DNA from: Lingula anatina
Taxonomy: Eukaryota; Animalia; Brachiopoda
Length of the DNA: 64,000 bases
Assembly: GCA_051362555.1 (NCBI GenBank)
Contig: CM120649.1
Span: 19,978,567 to 20,042,566 of the forward strand
Reading direction: 5' to 3'
A model generated the notes under the pieces. That model was given only the letters and a program-made list of their open reading frames with translations, had not been told where the DNA came from and ran no database searches. Position numbers and translations under genes: made by a program. Of this stretch, positions 53,492 to 64,000 are shown piece after piece (position 1 is the first letter of the stretch; each line of letters starts with the position of its first letter).

Positions 53492-56347
53492 GTGAGAGAG
53501 AGAGAGAGAAAAAGAGAGAGAGAGAGGAACGTGGGCGAGAGAGAGAAAAGACACGACTTTATCTGTCGTCGGCGTAACACAGCATAAAGGTATCGATAAG
53601 AAATGTTACTTTAAAGGTGCATGGGGCCATTAAATGAAAAAGCGTATTTTGTGATTGATCCATATTTAATGACTTGGTAGTATCATATTTACAATTAGAT
53701 GTAAAGGGGCTTAATTTGAGATCGCATACACTCTACTAATTAAAACATATGCAGGCAGTGACTTACAATTAGTGGTCTGGAAAACAATGTGTTATAAATT
53801 GAAGATGACATTAGGGATAAAAAGTACAGCGTTGATCACGTGATCAGCCAATTATGATGGAGTGAAAAAATATGTGCATATACAGGTATATAAAATGTTC
53901 AACCACTATTTTATTTGAGCTACGTGTTTTCATTGAAGTTACTTACTGATAAAATTAATGTGACCTGAATTTATGCCACGCTTAAGCATATGCGGCTGTA
54001 AAACATTGAAGTTCCAGCTTTCTGTTGGAGGTTTAAAATGGCGACGGATATTGAATAATTAAACACTGCAAACCACGGCATATCAAACAGTTTTCTGGAG
54101 ATCGCGTTTATGTTCAGTGTTTTTATCGCAGCTTATACACTAAATAGGCATCTGGCGACAATTGCAGTGCATTATCAATGAATGAAATGTGAAGTTTAAT
54201 TCATGATAAAAATGCAGTCAAAATTAGTTTCACTTTTTGTTTCCCTGCTGTTCACCCGGATGTTTGCTTTAAAGAATAAGCCCGATTATAGGAAGACCTT
54301 TTGCTACTATTCACAGCTGTTGTCATAGACAAGGAAAGCATAATAAAAGATGCCACTTGAAAATAATAGATAATTTTGTACAAAAAACGCCCAGCAAATT
54401 TTGTGTTTGGGTGACCAATCCCCATGTCATTTTGTGTTTAAATCTAGGACCAAGCCTGTACGGTCTAGCAAAAAAAGTTAATTAATAGACTTATAGAAAA
54501 TTAAAAAAAGGAAATTAAAAAACCTTCAAACGTATGTCATTCCAAAGTATTCCAAATTTGTTTTGTTAAATGGATTTTTAAGGCTAATGCGGAATGAATG
54601 AACATAATTCTGATAATGATGTACTTTGTATATAATTATCGGAACTAATGGTCACGTACAAGTCACGTAAAGGACCCTGTCTATGTGTCAGAGTGACCAC
54701 ATTACATCTGGAGGAAATACTCAAGAACTACTAATCCAGTATAAAAACAGATTTGAATACCGTATTTGAATAACAGATGTGAAAACATTACTTTTTTTAT
54801 GAACATAAAGTTGTAATTACTATTTAATGAAGAATAATGATGAAAAAAAAAAAAAAACATTTACAAACAGAGTGGGTACGCGTCAGAAGTGTTACACCAT
54901 GTGTCTCATTTTCAAATCATTATAATAGCAAGCTTATCATTCATTACAACTGCCATCCGCCCTCCTGTCATTTCGCATATCACGCACGACAGAGAATCGG
55001 GATGGCCTCGTTTTCACTTTGGAATAAAAACCGCGATTTTATTTCTAAGTGGGTCCAAATGACCAGAAGGCCAAAACGACATCAAGAATGCTTCAGATGA
55101 ACTTTTACAACGGGGTTTAATGCCGATATTAAGGTCATGATTTGGAAAGATAAAAAACTTGTGGCCATTTTGAGATGTTCGCAGAATACATGTAACATCC
55201 ACCCACAGTGGTCACCTCTCAAAGCTTTTATTTCAAAAGATCTGAGAATTAAACCTGTCTCAAGTTTAACTGAAATAATATGCTTGAATGAAATCCATAA
55301 AAACTCCAAAAACCATATCATTGTTACCTTTACATTTATCGATGTGAGTGACCTTTTAGTAATAACATTTACTTAAATTTACTTGAACGCTTACTTTCCT
55401 ATGTTTAAAGCCTACTGCTCAAAATTAAATGTGACGTAATATATGAAAATAATGACATCCTGGTATTTGGAAAAGAAAATACCCATTGTTTGGCCCATAT
55501 CAGCTCATTTTCATAACTGCCCAAGGAACATACAGGGTATATACAGGTATAGGCCTACATTTCGACCACGTTTGTTCATGTAAATCCTATTCACCACTAA
55601 TTACACCCAGGGTTGACAGGAACATTAATACTTGAGTATTTAGACGAAAATGCACGTTTTTCCCCGCGAAACAATTTTCAAGGAAATAGTTGACTTGCTA
55701 ATCTTTCCAAGAAACGGTAAAATATATACACATAACAGAGACCCATGGAAATGAAAATGGCGGACTAGAGATGTCTCCTGTCCAAAATAAACTTCCCATC
55801 GAACAATTTGTTAAAGAAGGTGAGAAGATACAGGGGTATGTCCACCATGTAGCCCAACGTACTCTTTAATGGACTTACACACTCAATTTGGTATCCTCAG
55901 GTTTTTCTGGGGAAACTTAAATATGATACAGTAATCTGTGACAAAGATGAAATTTTGCATTCTGTCAAAAAAAGCCATTTTAATTACCCATATCACCACA
56001 ATTACACAACGCCCAAAAGAAAGTGTATAAGGAAACATTTCTTCACTGCTTGTTCACGTAAACCTTATTTATCTTTAATTAGATCTAAGGTTGACAGGAA
56101 TATCGAAACTAAACTCACGTCTTTCTCGCGAAATTCAAAAGGAAATACATGTAGTTAACTTACTAATCTTTCCACGAAACGGTAAAAATATACACAATAC
56201 AATGAGGACCATAAAAATGAAAGTGGCAGAGATGTCTCCTATCTATCCTCATTATACACTCTTGCCTTATATATTCTGCGCAGTAGTCGACTATCTTGTC
56301 TATTCGGCTGGCGCACCTTTCCACGGCATTGAAACGGGTAAATAACG

Positions 56348-56383
<36 letters not shown>

Positions 56384-56692
56384 GTTATGTATTTATATAG
56401 GCAGTGGCACACGTTATATATAATAACGGGGTGTCAACTTTTCAATCTCTTTTCTCTCTTTCGCTCTCGGTTATGTATTTCTTATTAGCGGCAGATCTAA
56501 AATATCATTGCACGCGCGCGCGTGTGGATGGGTAGGGGTTGTCATGTCCAGTAATTTAAAAAAGTGATAAACTAAATATGGTAACAACCATGTATAATGG
56601 TTCTTCTGTTATTGCAGCCTTATTCTTTATGTTTTCAGATTTACCAGAGACGATATCGGAAGAAGTAAAAGCATAAACGGATACTTTGAAAT

Positions 56693-59600
56693 ATGATGAA
56701 GACCACCTTGATCTTGTTTATACTGGGTAGGTACATGTATGGGGTTTCTTCTCAATCAGACATTCATTTTTCAATGACAGTGTAAGACAATTACTTGAAG
56801 TACGTGGGGTGTGGAATAAAGTCACTGAACACAAACCTTTTAAGGAGAAGCATGCTGTGAATGGACTTATATGGCCTTTTCCTACATCGACTACATCTTC
56901 TCTTGTCGTGCATTTTCGCTAACCTAATAGGAAATTTCTACTGATTATTTTCGAAAATACACAGATGGTTCATGTGCCTCCAACTTGAGTTCGAAAACAG
57001 CATTAGTTAAGTTGCTTTTCGTAAAATTATGTTGGTATTGTCCAGGTGTGAAATTAAATTTTCATTGTCGTGAAGTCTTTCGGTAGTTATATTTCCTTAA
57101 TGCCCACAGTGACAGTGGCAAATCATCAAAATTGATGGTGACAATGGTATTAAATATTATGTAACAATGCACCTAAATTGACCAAAAGCGTAATCAGTGC
57201 ACATTCATCATTAATTAAACTGATAAAATGAAAACCGAGTAAGCGTGTTACCTATTATTTTTTGTTACCGATTTCACTTTGGTGTGTGTGTGTGGATTTT
57301 TTTCACAAATTGTATTTTTTTGTGTGTGTGATTTTGAAATTCCGATACTGTTTTGTGCTAGTTTAAGCCACAAAAAGTAAGAAAACCAAGTTTTTTGTGT
57401 CATTTGTACTGCCGCTAACATTGCCCTCCTCCTGGATGCTGCAATGTTGGTACTCAGTTAGAATGGCACGTTGCCTATACTGTGTCAAACAATGCTACTT
57501 GTTAAAGTACAATGCAGGGGCGGATATAGGCCGTCTTCTGGGTCTTCCAGAAGACGGTCAGCTTTTCAAGTTTTCATTGATGGGTATCCAATTTTTTTCT
57601 GTTGGAAGACGGTCAAAAATGGAGTCTTGATCAACAAAGATAATTTGGAAGACTGTCAGAAAATATCTCTGGATCCGCCCCTGCAATGTTTACATCCGCC
57701 AATTTCTCCACTACACTTAGACTAAGGCCACACTTTTTTAATTTTATGGATGACATCCTGCGCGCGCACCGATTTTCGTCCGTTCTCCAAAAAAAAAAAA
57801 AAAAAATCCCCCCCCCCAAACCGCTCCCCCCCCCCCCCCCCGAGGAAGTTGGTTGTCGCAAACATCGTTATTGAATTTGCAGGAAAATGCAATCGGCAAT
57901 TCTCGGCTAATTCCGCAAGCTCTTAAGAGATTTTAACAAAAAACCAAACTTTTTAGAAAAAAAACAGGGACTAACTTTGAATGTAAAAATGGATTCATAA
58001 CCATTGGTAAGTATGGGAAAATTGTTGTTTACTCCAGGAAAATTCATTTTTTGGCCGAAACGAAGAGTTATTATTGCTTTAATTTCAAAATACACGACAA
58101 TTAAAGTCATAAAGAGAACGGGGGCCGTCTTTTTGGATTGGTTTGCCATTGATATTGGACATGGAGATATCACCCTTTTACAATTATGCGAAAGGCTGGC
58201 CGCGGCCAGCAATCATCGCCCGAAAAATTTCAGTGACATTCTGTCCAGAGCAGCACATACCAGTTTCTTTTTGGAGCAAAAAAAGGGTCGACAAGAGCGT
58301 CGTGGTATTTGGTGGACTGAAGGTCGGACAGGCCACCCGATAGTTGGCTGCTAGCGTTTGAGTCGAAGTAGACAAAATGGCATCGACCGAAATTACCTTA
58401 GTAGTAGGAAGCATAGGCCTATCTTTGCTTCATTTTTTTAACAATTCTGTGAAGTGTTTACAATGCTTTAATTTTCTGAGAGTACAAATTAAGACACGCT
58501 GTTTATTTGATATTTGTTTTATTGGATGCTATACCAACAGAATGCATGAAATAACCTTAAATAGATTTGGTATTTGGTGCAGCATATATATTCATGACTT
58601 TTTACCTTTCTACGAAATAGGCCCTATTCACAAAGCTTTAATATTTTGAGAGCATGGATAAAGACATGTTGTTAGTTTGATACGTGTTTCTCTGGTAAAT
58701 TAGTGTTTCCAGCTGTGTACTGAAAACATAACTTTTCTTAAGCAGTTTTTTTTTTTTCGGACTGTTTTTTTTTTTTTTTTTCGCCCGCTCGCACCTACTT
58801 TGGGGTCCCCAGAGGATGTCATCCATAAAAATAAAAAAGTGTGGCCTAACTAGCACAATTATAAACCACAGAAGCAGACCAACACTCCAATTACAGAGTA
58901 CAAGTCTATCAGAAAGCAGGATCAGAGTTAGGATACTCATTTTTATGAAGAAGATTACGTTATGTTTTTATGTTATGAAAAATGCACATTTCAAATCTTA
59001 CCAGTGTAATCTGTATGTCGTTATTATGAAAACATTCTTTATCTTCCGTGTACTGGTAGGTTTAGGGTAAAAGGAGAAAGAAACAAAAATTCTATGCATC
59101 TATACATGTAGTATACAATAGATCATTAAACTTCATGTCTCATACATATTTCTTCCTTTGCAGCTGCGTGCGCAGTCATTGCCTGTGTGTGCGAGGATAA
59201 CGTGCATTCTCGCGAGAAGAGGAATTTCTTTCAGTTTGGCAGGATGATCAAGAGTCGTACAGGAAGATCTGCCCTGGCTTATAACGGTTATGGTTGTTGG
59301 TGTGGTCTGGGAGGAAAAGGAACACCTAAAGACGGAGTGGACAGGTAAAATATGATGAAATATATGATGGTTATTTTAAACATAAAGAGTTCCCATGTTT
59401 TTTTTTCTTGACTGCGCCATAAAGTGTATACATGACTGACCAATAGAGACGATGGCAACTATTTTTGGACCATTGATTGACAATCTTAACTGTCTGAGAT
59501 TCTACCTGTAGTGACAGTCCTTTCACCAAGATCGCACACAAATAAAATATTTTAAATTCTATAACCGTACACAGTATTAAACGTGTGCAATCAGTTTTAT

Positions 59601-60701
59601 ATGTTAGTACCGATGCCGCATATCGAAAGAGATATTTGGCCAAGAACATTCACCCGTGGACGCCGTTAAAACATCGTTAACAGTGTAATACATGTATAAC
59701 TTACATAACATCATATAATGATACGCCTTGAGCAAAAAAAGTGAAGAATCCACTGTGAATGACAACTACTATAGCGCGGGACCATGCCATATTCGTCTTT
59801 TTTGCGGTTTTGCGGTTTTGACATTGCACTGCTTGTAACTGCAGTATACAGTTTATCTTTCAATATACATAGACCAAATCTAATCATTACAGATGCTGTC
59901 GCGCCCATGACTACTGTTACGATAGACTTATCAAAAGCGGATGTCGCAGTCCAGTGTGGAACACCTACAGATACACTCTGCGCTGGGGAATATATTGTTG
60001 TAAGTTCCATACATACGACTTCCTACTAATCAAAAACAGAATAAGGTCCCGATTAAAAACCGTATTGTATTGTATTGTATTGTATTGTTTTGTATTGTAT
60101 TGTATTGTAGGGCGTGGCCTGTTGACACGATATTTTTTAAATCTCAGTTATGCATATACTGTTAAACCTCGTATAGCAAAAAAAAAAAAAAGCTTAATGT
60201 TGGAAAAGTATTTCCACGAGGAATATAACGCTTACCGAAAAATATATTCGACTGTCGAGTTACGTTTCACAGATATTTTCAAATGCATCCTACCTCTTCC
60301 ATAGAAGCTTTTAACTTTGTTCCTAACGTTCCCTAGCGTGACAAAAATTACCCATTTGTGTATGTCCACAACATTGATCCTGAGTCAGTCTTTGGTAGGA
60401 ACTATATAACTGCTTAGACCAATATCGCGAAATCATTTGTACGTAGTGCCTATGCTATCCCGTTTTAGAGGTCTAAGAAAAAAGTCTAAGAAAAAGTTTT
60501 AAAAATTTATGACGCAGACCCCAGTACTTTTCGTGCAAATAAGGCTTTGCCATCGGCTCAACTCTGGTATTTCCAATTACAGATCGCCGAGGAAATGACC
60601 GCTGTGAACTGGGAGGGTGTAAATGTGACAGAACAGCGGCGTATTGCTTCGCCAGGAACACCTACCACAATAAGTACAAGAACTGGAAAGGAAGCTGTTA
60701 G
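56693..60701 (+). CDS. Secreted phospholipase A2, copy H (intact, most cationic)
   Basis: Exons 56693-56726, 59164-59344, 59893-59999, 60583-60701; upstream non-coding exon ends at 56337. REKR|[29 protein letters not shown]; AATAAA at 61190. Confidence 0.94.
57515..57683. mobile_element. hAT-type MITE in the first coding intron of H
   Basis: TIR CAGGGGCGGAT / ATCCGCCCCTG with a 5-bp CAATG duplication. Confidence 0.65.
57726..58846. mobile_element. Harbinger-like non-autonomous element with a nested Kolobok-like fragment
   Basis: TIR GGCCACACTTTTTTA.TTTTATGGATGACATCCT at both ends with TAA TSD. Contains the 8783-family fragment at ~57920-58082. Confidence 0.75.
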
Positions 60702-60757
60702 ATGATTGGCCACGTCTCTGGTTACTCTACATCTGGGCATTTACCTTGAATGTCTAA

Positions 60758-61016
60758 GGCTTCGTTCACATGGAATGTCTATTTTCTAAATTCTATTTTC
60801 TATTCGCGGTATGTCTTATGATCACGGTCTGTGCCCTGAATATCCCGCGGCGTAATTACTGGCAGCGCGAGCCAGTTACTTATAGTAACTTCTGGTAACT
60901 GGCTCGCGCTGCCAGTAATTACGCCGCGGGATATTCAGGGCACAGACTGTGATCATAAGATACCGCGAATAGAAAATAGATTTTTAGAAAATAGACTTTC
61001 CATGTTGAACGAAGCC
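60758..61016. mobile_element. Fold-back palindromic MITE in the 3'UTR of copy H
   Basis: Arms of ~120 bp are near-perfect reverse complements (GGCTTCGTTCA...GCGCGAGCCAGTTAC / GTAACTGGCTCGCGC...TGAACGAAGCC) with TAA/TTA flanks. Confidence 0.85.
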
Positions 61017-61716
61017 TTACTCAATCTGAAAATAGACTTGAAAAGAACACAATTTAAAATATCCCATTTACGGTATATAGTGTTTATGTATACTCTAATT
61101 TTGTGGTATAAATTATATTAAAATATATCCTGCTGAAATGTCACGAACCATTTGAAATGGAATTTTGGATAGAGTAATGAAGCAATTTTAATAAACTTCT
61201 CAGAGCAACTTCACTTTTATGCATCTTTAATTTCGCCCAAGAAAGTAATTGACTAGGATTTCAACATTATTTCTCCCGATTTTAGTTCGGGGTGTGGGGT
61301 GGGCGGGAGAAGTGGGGTACATTTATTGGACTCTTTCAATTCTGCGTTATTTGTATGTCACGCACTGCGCCATGGTAGCCGTTAGTCTACTCGGAGACAA
61401 GGATTTTCTCGTTTGCTTATGTCTCTAACTCATCTACGAAGTGCATCTCTGTATGACTACTATTTTAGGACGTACTTGTTGTTTTTCTCGCGAAATCAAT
61501 CTAAAGGAAACAGTAAACCCAGTATTTTTACCAAGAAACAGTAAATATAGGCACAGAACAATGGGGCCCATGGACGTGTAGAGATCAACCAAGGAGATAG
61601 GAGATGTCTCAGGTGTCTGTCCATCATGTTCTCGTGGCTTTATGTACTCTGTACAGTCTATAGCAAACTGTTCAGCTGGCGCACCTTGCCGAAGACACGG
61701 GTAAATTACGAGGTCA

Positions 61717-61751
<35 letters not shown>

Positions 61752-62224
61752 TTGTGTGTGTGTGTATGTGTGTTTTTTTAATCACAGGCAGATTCAAGAT
61801 ATTGCTATGCATTACTCGAGGAATATTTGGTAACTGTTTATTTATCATTACTAACATACTACATGTACTGTACATGTAGGTTATCACAGGAGCTTTGGCA
61901 ATTTACGCAGCTGAACTGAGATGATGCTAATATAATTTTCTAAACATTCCATAATCTTAAGCAAGAATGTAATTATCAAGTGTGTAGATGTGTGTGTGAA
62001 TTAGGGGAGGGGGTCGTATCATCGCCTTATTTAATTAAAAGAGTGACAAAATAGATACGGCAATGACGTAATTAACGAAAATTTTCATTTTTTTTGACAG
62101 ATTTTAACGAAATTCTTTAATGACAGACATCCATGTTCTTTTATTTGCTGTATGTTTTCATGTTTACCAGGTACAACAGTACTGTCGTTACTCGGAAATA
62201 CTAAAACAGTGCGATTGAAGTAGG

Positions 62225-63878
62225 ATGAAGACCACTCTAATCTTGATTATTGCAGGTAGGCATTTTTTAAAACAAATATGACGTTTTGTTTGCTACAATT
62301 GATGTCATAGCGCAAAACATATACAAGGAACTTTCCTGTGCTATGGCTACCATCAGTTCATTGTTTTCTTTGGTATGGGACTATATCCCGCGACTAGTGT
62401 TCAATCATAGAACGTTAGGATATAATAGAACATTTAAATATTGTCCAATGTTATATAAGTAAACTCAGTGTCACTACACCGAATGTTACCCGACAGGGCT
62501 AGCCTACGTTTTTAAAGATATGTTAGTATAACATAAAATCCGCTACCGATTTCCAGGTGCGTGGACCTGCACGTGCACAAATATCGCTCTTTCTCGCGCG
62601 AAGAGGGACTATAGCCAACTTGCCGCAATGATAGCCCACACGACGGGAAGAGCTGGCTTAGATTATTACGGCTATGGCTGCTGGTGCGGGCTGGTAGGCA
62701 GGGGGCAGCCGAAAGACGGAGTGGACAGGTATGGTGAAGTTTATTATAGGCACACGTTTGTGGACAGGTACGATGGATTTCCATTAATAGTATAAGTTTG
62801 TACCCGCATGGTGTGACTGTCAAATTCGCAGAGCAGAAAATAACACAACTCAAGGGAATAGCCCTTTTTTAATGTACTTCCTTGTCTAACTCTAAGGTGC
62901 TATGCAGGTTGCATTCATTCTTTCGTTGAAAAATAAACCTGCTATTTTTTCAATAATAAATAAACCTTGCCTGGATGGCCCGCTTGTGGCCCGTACCACA
63001 AGTGTGTGTGTATGACTGTGTTTATAATATATCACTGTCCACTTGCAGGTGTTGTCAAACGTTAGCCAGGTGCTACGAGGCCCTGTCCAGGAAATGGTGT
63101 CTTCTACCTATTTGGCAAGCCTACAACTTTCACCTGAAGACTGGGATCGTGTGCGGTATGTTGACTTACTTGTCTCTTAAAGTTTACCGGTACAAACTTA
63201 TGTCTACTCCGTCTTACAGGGTTGAAGCAACCTCTACCAAGAAAACGATTTTAGCGGAGGCAACTTTTTAAACCCATTAAATCATCACAAAGATGCGTGG
63301 CATCACGAAAAGCTGCCCTCGCAACGAGTATTGCTCTAGAATCGAAAAGCAGTCCTGAATGCACGTGTTGACACCATAAGTTGCCATTATATACAAAGCA
63401 ACTCTGAATGGATTCTACCACTTCATGTATGCGTCCTCCTTGAATCATCGCTTCTTGACGTCTGGATAGATTCTCTTCACTGATACTTCCTATACGACAA
63501 TAGATAGATATATGATAGATAGGTAGATAGATAGACAGACAGACAGACAGATAGATAGATAGATAGATAGATGGCACATGGCAGGATAGTTAAATGGTCC
63601 ATGTAGTTTCTCAGTAGTGAGATGCCAAGCATACGTTTATGTGCATATCCAGTCTGCGAACACCTATAGGTTTGAAAACTCCTTCTTTGGAAATGATCAT
63701 CAAAAAGGAAAACATAAAATATTGTGTTTGATTAATACATATATGTTTTTTTATTTCAGACGGCAACAAAAACAATCGCTGTGAACAAGGAGCCTGTGAA
63801 TGCGACAAGGCAGCAGCTGATTGCGCCGCTCGGCACACCTACCACAACCAGTACAAGAACTGGATGGGGATTTGTTAA
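62225..63878 (+). CDS. sPLA2-like protein, copy I: intact ORF, catalytic residues lost (H48L, D49A, G32V)
   Basis: Exons 62225-62255, 62557-62728, 63049-63155, 63760-63878 splice in frame. RAKR|DYSQLAAMI..YGCWCGLVG..CCQTLARCY..CECD..NWMGIC; all 12 mature Cys retained. Confidence 0.92.
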
Positions 63879-64000
63879 AATTAATACAGAATGTTCTTGT
63901 CATCTTTGTTTAAAATAGAAATGGAATAATTTGTTGTAATTTCCCATAGTTTCAACGCTTCATATTGATGTAACTCCATATTTCTTTATGATTGTATGAA

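Noticed and set aside
53600-55600. Possible hidden exons 3-4 of copy G or a complete transposon
   Set aside because: No CCxxHD or CxCD coding sequence was found and no matching TIR pair could be defined.

Overview
AT-rich, intron- and microsatellite-rich animal genomic DNA, probably from an invertebrate bilaterian (inferred; the species cannot be fixed from the sequence). The left third holds four coding exons of a YAP/Yorkie gene on the - strand (22591->2606); its last exon(s) probably lie outside the window. The right two-thirds is a head-to-tail + strand array of nine secreted phospholipase A2 (sPLA2, group I/II/V/X fold) loci, labelled here A-I. A, B, D, E and H are intact with the His48/Asp49/Asp99 catalytic set. 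F is a frameshifted pseudogene. C and G are 5'-only remnants. I has a fully intact ORF and all 12 Cys but carries H48L, D49A and G32V, so it is a predicted pseudo-enzyme and the most striking item. The array shows a tandem segmental duplication with asymmetric evolution (B/E fast, A/D slow), strongly cationic mature proteins, furin-type propeptides and a shared promoter module. Many DNA-transposon insertions are present, including a 3.8-kb P-like element in E and a ~260-bp palindrome in the 3'UTR of H. All exon coordinates and counts were made by hand.
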